Origin: an uncultured Candidatus Peribacteria bacterium
Lineage (GTDB): Bacteria; Patescibacteriota; Gracilibacteria; BD1-5; JAGOOR01
Direction: 5' to 3'
Assembly (NCBI GenBank): GCA_964603225.1
Contig: CAZRUI010000002.1
Span: 1 to 39,406, forward strand
Length of the DNA stretch: 39,406 bases
Shown here: piece after piece, positions 9,835 through 18,547 of the stretch
Layout: each line of letters opens with the position of its first letter
Numbering within the stretch: position 1 is the first letter of the stretch
Notes under the pieces: generated by a model
Databases searched by the model: none
Told to the model about the DNA's origin: nothing
The model's input: the letters and a program-made list of their open reading frames with translations, nothing else
Position numbers and translations under genes: made by a program

Positions 9835-10392
9835 TTAGAATGCGAGGTAAACAAATGTATTCATCGCTCCTGGTACTGGTCCTCGGAGAGCAACGATGTT
9901 ATTTTCACGATCGATGAGCTCGACTGGAACAGAAGCAAGAGTGACTGTTTTATTACCGTGACGACCGTGCATTTTCTTACCAGGTTTTGTACGACGTGGT
10001 TTACGAGTACCGATAGAACCAAGTGCTCGGTGAAATTTTGAACCGTGTCCACCAGGACCTCCGGCAAAATTCCAACGCTTCATAGCACCAGTGAAACCTT
10101 TACCTTTTGAGACAGATGTGAGCTTGACTGCTGCGACACCTTCGAGCGTACCGACGTCGAGAGCATCACCAACATTCATAGCAACAGCTGCATCGTATGG
10201 TACTTCTTTTCGTTTTACTGTTTTACCTTTTTTGTTTTTTGCATCGAGAACGAGTGCTGAATAACCATCTTTTTCAGCTGTTTTGATTTGAGCGACAGAG
10301 AGTTGAGGAACACGAAGAAGTGTTACTGGGACGAGAGTATCGCCGCGAGCAATCTGCGTCATTGATATTTTTTGTGCAACGAGTCCAGACAT
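9835..10392 (-). CDS. rplC: 50S ribosomal protein L3
   Basis: MSGLVAQKISMTQI... with VSKGKGF.G.MKRWNF.GGP..HGS..HR..GSIG. The start is taken at the ATG at 10390-10392, not the upstream ATG at 10422. Confidence 0.92.
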   Translation of the reverse strand: MSGLVAQKISMTQIARGDTLVPVTLLRVPQLSVAQIKTAEKDGYSALVLDAKNKKGKTVKRKEVPYDAAVAMNVGDALDVGTLEGVAAVKLTSVSKGKGFTGAMKRWNFAGGPGGHGSKFHRALGSIGTRKPRRTKPGKKMHGRHGNKTVTLASVPVELIDRENNIVALRGPVPGAMNTFVYLAF

Positions 10393-10491
10393 ATAAAAGA
10401 AAAATGAGGCGCTTACGGACATCTCGTGAGATGAAGTATAAGGGCCAAACTAGGAAATGATTCACTCCTGTTACCAGAAGGAAAACGTCGG

Positions 10492-10520
10492 AAGTATAAA
10501 AAGAAGAAAGCAATTGTCAA
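10492..10520 (-). promoter_or_regulatory. Candidate sigma70-type promoter for the ribosomal protein operon
   Basis: On the minus strand, TTGACA (10520-10515), a 17-nt spacer and ATACTT (10497-10492), about 100 nt upstream of the rplC ATG. Confidence 0.35.
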
Positions 10521-10697
10521 AAGATTTTTTTATGTTTTGTAAAGTCTCTAAAAATCATCAAAAACCTGAGTACAAAAATTATGGGTTTAAATTTTAGTTA
10601 AATTTTCTGTCTCCCCAAAAATCCCTAGCAAAGAGGCTCTTGACATGCGGCAATTTTCAATATCCTTTGCGCACTTTATTTTTTAACCCATTTCTTT

Positions 10698-10871
10698 ATG
10701 AAAAGTCTTCTCGACTCCATAGGAAGTCACGTCGTCGCCGAAATGAAGGGTTCACCAACGAGCTCACCAGTTTCCGCTGCTGTACAGAAATTACCTGTAC
10801 CATGAGATAGTGCTGTCGTGGCATTTCTTGCTCAACAAGAAGCCCTCAGACGTGCCAGTCGCCCTCGTTAA
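10698..10871 (+). CDS. Possible 57-aa small protein (one UGA-Gly); alternatively a non-coding transcript
   Basis: The reading frame runs from ATG at 10698 to TAA at 10869-10871 if TGA at 10803-10805 is read as Gly. It is visibly more G+C-rich than its flanks and is followed by a strong terminator. No similarity was recognised. Confidence 0.25.
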
Positions 10872-10916
10872 ATAAAGGGAACGATTGAGGAACATGTGTT
10901 TCTCTTATGAATTATT

Positions 10917-10949
10917 GATAAGCAACTTTTTACTGCTTATCTTTTTTTT
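10917..10949 (+). terminator. Rho-independent terminator
   Basis: GATAAGCA (10917-10924) pairs with TGCTTATC (10934-10941), followed by T8. Confidence 0.7.
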
Positions 10950-10996
10950 CGCAAAAATAACCTATAATGCCACAAATATTTTTAACTTTCTCTTCT

Positions 10997-11506
10997 ATGG
11001 TTAAAACACTCTCATCAGCTCCGGAAATCCCAGAACTCATGACAGCCAAAGAAGCTGCTGATCATATGCGTATCCCTCTTGCTACTGTATATTATCTCGC
11101 ACAAGAAGGGAAAATACCATCGATACGAATCGGTGGCAGATTGCGATTCAAAAAAGCAATAATTGATAGCAAGATACTTCAAAATGAAGAACCAGAAGCA
11201 CACGTGCCCCATGTGAGATTACAGATAGCAGAAGGTGCGATGCACACACTCGTCCGAAAACAGCTCAGAGCAGAAGGTATGGGCATCATGCTCAATCCTC
11301 CAGAAGCAGAGACGGATACTGTTATTACTGATTGATCAGGACCTATTGACGACACTTTTCGTGGCCAAACTATCTTCATACTACCTGACACTGATCCAAA
11401 TACTATTGCTCTCCATGTGAGAGAGGGACAACCAGTGACTCTGACAACAATACAACACGTCTCGCATCCAGAAACACTTAGAAAACTTCTTGGACTCGCA
11501 TCCTAG
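10997..11506 (+). CDS. Excisionase/MerR-superfamily helix-turn-helix DNA-binding protein with an uncharacterised C-terminal domain (one UGA-Gly)
   Basis: MTAKEAADHMRIPLATVYYLAQEGKIPSIRIGGRLRFKK is the HTH_17 / excisionase-family pattern. The ORF-track ATG at 10967 overlaps a TATAAT box (10963-10968), so the start is placed at the next in-frame ATG, 10997. TGA at 11333-11335 is read through to TAG at 11504-11506. Confidence 0.65.
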
Positions 11507-11507
11507 A

Positions 11508-11535
11508 TTGACTTTCAGAACAACTCCCCTACAAT
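11508..11535 (+). promoter_or_regulatory. Sigma70-type promoter of the metK leader
   Basis: TTGACT (11508-11513), a 16-nt spacer and TACAAT (11530-11535), about 8 nt upstream of the riboswitch P1 strand. Confidence 0.6.
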
Positions 11536-11543
11536 ACCCCTAC

Positions 11544-11662
11544 CTTATCAAGAGCAGGCGAGAGACGAAACTCTACGACCCTGCAGCAAGTTCACACGTT
11601 TGTGTGATAGTGCTCCACTTTCGATAGATAATTGGTTCATCTATAATACTTGGTAAGATAAG
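11544..11662 (+). promoter_or_regulatory. SAM-I (S-box)-like riboswitch aptamer
   Basis: CTTATCAAGAGCAGGCGAGAGAC...GCAGCAA...GTGCTCCACTT...(P4-like hairpin ATAGAT/ATCTAT)...AAGATAAG resembles the S-box consensus CUUAUCAAGAG.GG.GGAGGGA...GGCAAC...GUGCCAAUUCC...AAAGAUGAG. P1 is CTTATC/GATAAG. It lies directly upstream of metK, the classical target. Confidence 0.6.
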
Positions 11663-11683
11663 AACTTTTTCTTATCTTTTTTT
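11655..11683 (+). terminator. Intrinsic terminator / expression platform of the metK leader
   Basis: AAGATAAGAA (11655-11664) pairs perfectly with TTCTTATCTT (11669-11678) around a 4-nt loop. TTTTT follows and the metK ATG starts at 11684. Confidence 0.7.
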
Positions 11684-12658
11684 ATGTTCAAAACCGCTGA
11701 ATCCGTGTCTCCAGGACACCCAGACAAAATGTGCGATCAGATCTCTGACGCCATCCTCGATGCCTGCCTCGTGCAGGATCCTCTCGCTCGTGTCGCTATC
11801 GAAACCGTAGGTGGTCATGGCTCAATCGTCGTTATCGGAGAGCTCACCACGACTGCTTTTGTCGATGTGAATCCTATTGCAAAACGTATCTGCTGAGAAA
11901 ATATCGGTGTCCTCGTCAATATCGTCCAACAATCTCCAGAAATCGCGCAAGGCGTCGATACTGGTGGAGCTGGTGATCAGGGTATCATGGTCGGTTACGC
12001 TACTCGCGAAACACCGAACTACATGCCACTCGAATACGAGCTCGCACGCAGACTCAATGAATTCCTCTGGAAACTCCATCCAAACGATGGTAAAACCCAA
12101 ATCACCCTCGATGGAAATAATCTCGTCGCCGTGGTTGCTTCTTGGTGTGGCACTCCGCACGATATACTCCGTGAAGAAGTCACAGAATTTCTGAAAAAAG
12201 AAGAGCTCCTCAAGGGTCACGATATCGCTGCTGCGAAGCTCCATCTCAATCCTGCTGGTGATTGGAATATCGGTGGATTCACTGCCGACACAGGTCTCAC
12301 AGGACGCAAGCTCGCTGTCGATAACTACGGACCTCGTGTACCTATCGGTGGTGGTGCATTCTCAGGAAAAGATCCAACGAAAGTCGACCGCTCTGCTGCC
12401 TACAAGGCTCGCCAAATGGCGGTGAAAATCCTCGAAGAAAAAGGGGCAAACGAAGTCATGGTACAAATCGCCTACGCTATCGGCTACCGCCACCCTGTCT
12501 CATGCGTCGCATGGATAGACGGTGTCGCAGAAAACCAGGACATCCTCCGTGATGACCTCACTCCTCAAGGCATCATCACCTCTCTCGACCTCTGCCGTCC
12601 TATCTACGAACAAACCGCTCGTTATGGGCATTTTGGACGGGGTTATATGTGGGGGTAG
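11684..12658 (+). CDS. metK: S-adenosylmethionine synthetase, short form (one UGA-Gly)
   Basis: FTSESV..GHPDK.CDQISDA.LDA-type N-terminus ([27 protein letters not shown]), plus GAGDQG.M.GYA, TGRK and [18 protein letters not shown]. ORFs 11684-11896 and 11987-12658 share a frame and join through TGA at 11894-11896. Confidence 0.93.
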
Positions 12659-12673
12659 GAAAATAATAAAAAT

Positions 12674-13366
12674 ATGGAACTAAACGAAATTGGTAGAAAT
12701 ATTGAATCTATTTTCCATCAAGTTATTGCTAAGAAAGAAGAATTAGAAACAGAATATGGATGGGAAAATACCGATGCAAGAATGACAATATTTAACAAAA
12801 TGGGCTCTATTTTAAGTGCCGTCAATACTGGTTATTTTTTGATGAATATATATTTAAGTGATATTAATTGGTGGAGACAATTTAACGCCTCCGTTCCAGA
12901 CAGGAATATTAAAAGAGCATTTTGGGATTTTGAAAGATTCTTCAAGATAGGAGTTATCCAAGATTTATTTTCTTGTGTGGAAAGTTCATTCCAAATATAC
13001 GTTAGAACAATTGATCCCTCTGCATGCTCCAATGGAACAACAGAATTTAAAAACATATATACATGGCTTTTAAATAAAACAAATTTGCAAGGTAGCATAC
13101 CCTTACTAGACCTGTGGAGAAATGTAAGAAATACTATGCATAATAATGGTACTTTTTTACCTTCGAATGGCAAAAATCAAACAGTGATATATAAAGAATG
13201 TTCATATGTTTTTAATAATGGGGAAGCAATAAGTTTTATGACTACCGAACTCATCCTTTTACTAATTGCGGATCTTTTAAAATTGGTAGAAAACATCGTT
13301 ATTTCGACACCTATAGTGTCTATTCATGATATAGAAGAGCTTAACTTCTCAGATTATCCTGAATAA
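12674..13366 (+). CDS. Hypothetical protein, A+T-rich ORFan with a HEPN-like Rx6H motif
   Basis: Intact 230-aa ORF starting 15 nt after metK. It is visibly more A+T-rich than its neighbours and has no TGA among its 10 Gly codons. It looks mostly helical, with WRNVRNTMHNNG at aa 148-159. No family was recognised with certainty. Confidence 0.6.
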   Translation: MELNEIGRNIESIFHQVIAKKEELETEYGWENTDARMTIFNKMGSILSAVNTGYFLMNIYLSDINWWRQFNASVPDRNIKRAFWDFERFFKIGVIQDLFSCVESSFQIYVRTIDPSACSNGTTEFKNIYTWLLNKTNLQGSIPLLDLWRNVRNTMHNNGTFLPSNGKNQTVIYKECSYVFNNGEAISFMTTELILLLIADLLKLVENIVISTPIVSIHDIEELNFSDYPE

Positions 13367-13978
13367 TTAATCTCGATGATCAGGTGACGAAGCGGGCGAT
13401 GAGGCGATAGTTGTCTCCACGATATATGCTTTCATTCTCGTCAAATCTTCTACACAAAATCTCTCTTGCCTAAATCTCTCTGCGAGTTCATAAACTGCTC
13501 AAATATTCGCTGTATTTATTCAAATAATTGCTGCAGGTTCGATGTATGGATTTTTTCATCGCAACACAGAATATATCTCTCACTCCTGGACGTCTCCTCA
13601 CTGTGATGATAGTATGATTCTGACTTCATCAGCTGTATGCGTTATTGCATTCGTATCATATCATTCACGCAATCCCATCACAATCCTACAAAAAGTATCC
13701 TTTCGCGGTGTTGCTTCTGTAAAGTCAGGCAATCATAGATGTTGGACGAGTTCTCGAGTCGTTCGTCTGCAAGCTTCGATATCTGGGATACCATATTTAT
13801 AACGGGGATAACGCGTTCTGGTAATACTTTTATCCTGGACTGACCTGAATCAGAGAAAATTTTGTCCATCACTATGGACGGTTTTTTCTATTGCCTCCTG
13901 AAGTTTCCTATCTTCAATGCCTTCTAATGAAAAACTTCCTGACCATAGATCTATTTCCTCTCGTTTGGTAAATTGCAT
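13367..13978 (-). CDS. Hypothetical protein (203 aa, eight UGA-Gly codons)
   Basis: A 204-codon frame from ATG 13976-13978 to TAA 13367-13369 has no TAA or TAG but has 8 TGA. That is very unlikely by chance in A+T-rich DNA. It is on the same strand as, and 25 nt downstream of, the PHP gene. The standard-code ORF track shows only an out-of-frame 64-aa ORF here. Confidence 0.6.
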
Positions 13979-14002
13979 ATTCTATACATGAGTTGTGATA
14001 TA

Positions 14003-14947
14003 TTATACACCCAACTTCTTTCTCAGCAAATTGAGATTACCTTCGACCCTAGTTTCATCTTCGAGGAAGTAGGGATTCATCTGCCCGAGAGTGCCATGTT
14101 TTTTGCTCGGTGTTTTCTCTCCATGATTATCAGATCAGAAAGTCAGAAGGAGATTGTATCGCTCTTTTATTTCTAGAATAACTCGTGCCCATTCAGGTGT
14201 AGCGAGAGCGTTGAGTTCTATACCCATCACGCCCTGGTCGACGAGTTGTGCGATGTCTCGTTGTAATCATTCAATGCCTTCGTATTTCTCCCAACTGAAG
14301 TTCGGATGAGCGATAGAGATAACTCCGCCCATATCTCGGACGATGCGACTCGCCTCTTCAGTCGTTGGTTCGTATTCTGGTATTTCGACCGCACCTATCG
14401 GATTTCGTCCTTCACGCTTGAGACATTCGTTCAGAAATCAGACTCTGTCAGGCTGTGATTTTCTTCTTTGTTGGTCGCGATTTGCCATTACTTTTGCCGC
14501 TTCGACACTATAGACATAACTAGAGAGGTGAGCATTATTGAGACTCTCGGGGTTGTATCATTTTGCTCGTGCCCATTCTTGTAATCCTGCATAACTCAGT
14601 GGATATTTTTGTTCGATGAGTCTCTCGACCTGTTGACGGATTTTCTCCATCTTTCCTGTGCGAGTTTTCTCGAGCATGGCATGTGCTTGCTGGCTAAATG
14701 CAGGCGCATACGCCGTCATATGAAGTCCTATCTTGCTGAGACCTGCGAAAAAATGAGTAGAAATCTCACTCGCGGGAGTCGTATCAATCCCCTTAACGCG
14801 AAGCTCATCTGCGAATCATTCACTCACGAGGTCATGATCAGTGAGTGTCGCAAATTCGACCCCAGAAGATACGAGATTTTCGAGAACTTGTTCTGGTCTG
14901 TCACGCCCATCAGAGAGCGTGGTATGGAAATGGAGGTCGGCTTTCAT
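14003..14947 (-). CDS. PHP-domain metal-dependent phosphoesterase (five UGA-Gly codons)
   Basis: MKADLHFHTTLSDGRD...ATLTDHD (PHP motifs I/II), IAHP, and TF[G]SDNHG with TGA at the Gly of the GSD.HG motif. I translated all 315 codons by hand with no TAA or TAG. Confidence 0.85.
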
Positions 14948-15301
14948 AAAGATAAATTTAAGAAATATTTTTGTTGTTCTGGTTCCTGTAAAACATGAAG
15001 TGAAGATATAGATTTTTAAGGGGCAAACTGTTTGAGCGGGATGAAAACAGTTTTTTCGATGAACGTGGTACATAGCGAGTTTTTGCCCCTTGAATGCTTT
15101 TGGTACTTTTTGCAGAAAAAGTACAAAGGAGTGGTGTGAGTTTCATAGAAGTTATTAATAAATAACACACTCAGTCTAGTACGAATTTTTGTTTTTTACA
15201 AAAATGTCTATAATTTTGAACAAAATAGAAACACTTTTCTCTATTTTTATTATTTTGAAGATTAAAAGTTACTATTTATAAATTGTTAAAAAACTGAACA
15301 T

Positions 15302-16042
15302 ATGAAGTACGAAGCATTTTTTTCACGTCTGGGTTTTGGAAAAATAGAGAGCGATATCTACATCGCTCTGCTCAAGAAATCTCCCCTCTCTATCTCCGAT
15401 ATTGCTCGTGAGATACGATCGTATCGAGGAGTCCTTTATCAGACTCTCCCTCTCCTGCTTGAGAAGTGAGTGATAAGCACCGTGAAAGATGGCAAACGCA
15501 CGCTCTATCGTGCAGAATCTCCAGAAAAACTTCGCACGCTCTACGAAGCAGAACAGGCGACATTTGAGACTATCATTTCGCAGATGGAAAAAGATTATAT
15601 GGTGGATGGAGAGAAGCCAGTTTTACGTTATTTCGAAGGAAAAGAAGAACTCAAAAAAATATTTATCGATGTCGGTCATACACTTCCAAAAAATGGGACC
15701 TGGTATCGCTATTCTTCGAGAAAAGCAGACAGAAGTCCTGATGCCGAACTGGTAAAACGATACAAAGAACTCCGCGATGAAAAAAAGCTCCAACGCATGA
15801 TCATCACGAACGATTCTCTCGCAAAAACCAAGCGATGGGGACTCGATAGCGAAATGGTCTCTATTCCTGCTTCGTACGACCTCTTCGAGGACAATTGTGC
15901 CAAGGCGATTTATGGAAACAAAATCTCGTTTATTGATTGGGATGCGATGACAGGATTTACGATAGAGAGCGAGAAGCTCGCGCGTTTCGAAGAAAAGATA
16001 TTTAAACTCCTCTTCAAATATATGAGGAAAGAAAAAAAATAA
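15302..16042 (+). CDS. TrmB-like winged-helix transcriptional regulator (one UGA-Gly)
   Basis: The N-terminus LGFGKIESDIYIALLKKSPLSISDIAREIRSYRGVLYQTLPLLLEK[G]VI matches the TrmB HTH pattern (LGL...E..VY..LL..G..T..EIA......R..VY..L..L..KG). TGA at 15467-15469 joins it to the 190-aa ORF. Confidence 0.7.
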
Positions 16043-16055
16043 TTATAATTCCCCT

Positions 16056-16994
16056 ATGCGTCTCTGATATATTTTTCGATGGATTGTTATCCTATCACTC
16101 GTGGTGTTTGCGTATGAACAGAAGGGGAATATTGTAAAAAATACTCGAATAATTATTCATGAGCATTTCCCCTGTGTCGTGCCTCTGACCTACTCTCTTG
16201 GGACGTTTGATAGTCGTTTTGGACTCTCTCGAGAAGCATTTCTCAGCCATATTGCTTCAGCAGAAAAATCCTGGGAAGATATTGCTGGCAGAGAACTCTT
16301 TCGCTATGTCGAAACTGAGGGTGATCTCACCGTCAATCTCATCTACGATGAACGTCAGGCTACGACAAATAAACTCCAGGAAATAGGTGGACAGATTGAT
16401 GGGAAAAAAGATACATACGAATCACTCAAAGCAGATTATGACAGACTCTCAGAAAAACTCCGTCAACAACGAACGACATATAATACCAAACTCGGAGAAT
16501 TTCAAACCATGCAAAGAGAATACGAAAAAGAAGTGGCTCGCTGGAACAAGCGCGGTGGGGCTCCTGAAAAAGAATATGCACAACTCGAGCAACAACGAGC
16601 AGAGCTCAATACTCGTGTCACCGCACTGAACAATGCTCTCGCTCAGCTCAATAAAACCGTGACTGATGTAAATACTCTCGGCAACAGAATCAATGCGCTC
16701 ATCGAAGAACTCAATCTGAATGTGGCGAAATATAATACCACACGAAGTGCTCAGGGCGAAGAATTTAGTGAAGGAGAATATGTCTTTGATCCTGCTGGAA
16801 AACTCATCAATATCTACGAATTTGGCAATGTACTACGACTCTCTCGCGTCCTCATCCATGAGCTCGGTCATGCGCTTCAGATGGACCATGTCGATGATTC
16901 CGAAGCCATCATGTATCGACTCAATGCGGGCAAAAGTGAGACACCCACCGAAGCTGATAGAGCTGAGCTTATGAGGGTGTGTCGGATAAATTAG
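16056..16994 (+). CDS. Membrane-anchored matrixin-like (M10, metzincin) zinc metalloprotease with a coiled-coil insert (one UGA-Gly)
   Basis: HELGHALQMDH is the HExxHxxGxxH metzincin zinc site. ATG at 16056 with TGA at 16065-16067 adds a hydrophobic anchor, MRL[G]YIFRWIVILSLVVFA. The central part is a Q/E/K/L-rich heptad-like segment. Confidence 0.8.
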
Positions 16995-18397
16995 CTCTCT
17001 TGTGTACGAACTAATTGTGAAATAGGACCATACCAAAGTGTTGGTTTTTCACGTCCACTTGTTTCATCTTGAATAGCTCACTGTGGAACAAAAACACCAT
17101 TGTGCTCAACAAGTTCGCCGAGTTTACCGGCAGCAATTTGTGCAATAAGTCTTTCATGAACTTGTTTTTGATGGTCAAGCTGTGACATATCTGTCAGTCG
17201 ATGAAAAATAGGATTTTTTTGCGCAATATGATCTCTATATCTCTGTGTTGGTCATAAAATATTGGTAGCATAGTGATTTTCAATAACAGGATTCCCCGTA
17301 TGCACTTCCCAGAGTGGCCGAATTACGGGTCTAAATCCACTAGTAAAATCTCATTGCATATTCACAACATGCCCCCATGCCCGCTGTTCAATAACCTGAG
17401 AGACTGCTTCTCAGACAGTTTTAGCAAGTCGAATATCAGAATCTACAGGATTACAACTACGTGTGGAGATGCCTGGTTCAAGAGTACGAATTTTGATTTT
17501 ACCTCTCGCATTGAGTTGCACATCTCTTTCAATTATTTCACGAACTATATTAATACAACCGAGGAGTACAGGATTTCCAGCACCATCTCTTTTTTTTGCA
17601 TCAATATTTTGCTCTTCGTTTTCAAATGCAAAACCCTCTGAAGCAACAATACAGACGTATCAAAATTTTTCTTTTCTTTGTTGAACAATATCCAAAAAAT
17701 GTTCACGGGAGATAGAAAATTCTGGAATAAGGGTAATTACAGGCGACATCAATTCTTCGGATTCGGCAAGTGTACTGGCATGCAGTGCAAGATGTCCATT
17801 ATCACGACCATATACTCAAACAATACCAATTCATGATTCCCATTCTATTTCACGCTTCATAGCAACAATATTCTCTGCATATTTATGTGCTGAAGTTTCA
17901 AACCCGATGGCGAGACTCCCTTCTGCATCAGCATCAATTGTTTTGATGCAAGCAACAGTATCGGCAACAGGCCTGTTATCCTCACGAAGAGAGTATTGAA
18001 GTGCTTGAGAACCAGAAATAGTACCATCTCCTCATACAACAGCAGTACCAATGAAACCTATCCTTTCTTGAAGCTTTCTCATACAGATAAATTCATCTCT
18101 TTTGAGCATGCCACGACCAGGTCATAAACACGTACCTCATCGTGCCATCATATCATCCAAAATAGAAATTGGGATTTTTGCAAAATCAATAACGCCTCCT
18201 TCACCTCCTGTTTGAACTCATTCCCAGCTTCACACCAAACCAATTGGTCTCATACCTTTGTACAATAATCACTGAACAATACTGAGAGTAGCAGTAACAA
18301 CACCAGGCGCTATTCCACCACCACCCATAACAAGAACTTTTTGACGATCTCCAGGAGCCAGAGATTCAATTTTTTGACGTGGCAAAGGTTCATGTCA
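16991..18397 (-). CDS. pfk: 6-phosphofructokinase family protein (ATP- or PPi-dependent), 15 UGA-Gly codons; start uncertain
   Basis: I translated 469 codons by hand: KVLVMGGGGIAPGVV, AVV[G]GDGT, IKTIDADA, V[G]VYGRDNGHLAL. The only in-frame start candidates upstream of the first beta-strand are TTG at 18397 and ATC/TTG further in. The ATG at 18408 is out of frame. Confidence 0.85.
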
Positions 18398-18547
18398 AAT
18401 TTCAATCATAAATTTATTTTTATATAAGTATTAAATTTATTTATGCACAAAGTCAAATTTTTTTTACAGGACTTGCCGTATAAAAAATCTCGATAAAATA
18501 GGCACATCTTGACCTACTAATCATTTTTTATGTGACGCTGACCAGTT

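Noticed and set aside
10274-10513. 79-aa minus-strand ORF overlapping the rplC start and leader
   Set aside because: It is out of frame with rplC, overlaps the predicted promoter and leader, and has no recognisable features.
13678-13872. 64-aa minus-strand ORF listed in the track
   Set aside because: It is out of frame with, and fully contained in, a 204-codon frame that lacks any TAA or TAG and is interrupted only by TGA. With table 25 the longer frame is the gene.
14609-14998. 129-aa plus-strand ORF
   Set aside because: It is antisense to the PHP phosphoesterase gene, whose motifs (HFHT..SDG, TDHD, GSDNHG) are unambiguous on the minus strand.
15103-15124. Inverted repeat GTACTTTTT-GCAG-AAAAAGTAC in the PHP/TrmB divergent intergenic region, plus TTTTTGT-N5-ACAAAAA at about 15187-15205
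   Set aside because: These are plausible operator-like palindromes for the adjacent TrmB-like regulator. However, they are A/T-rich, short and unsupported by any second copy, so I did not call them as features.
18406-18408. ATG that looks like the phosphofructokinase start codon
   Set aside because: It is in a different frame from the PFK reading frame and runs into TAG after about 32 codons.
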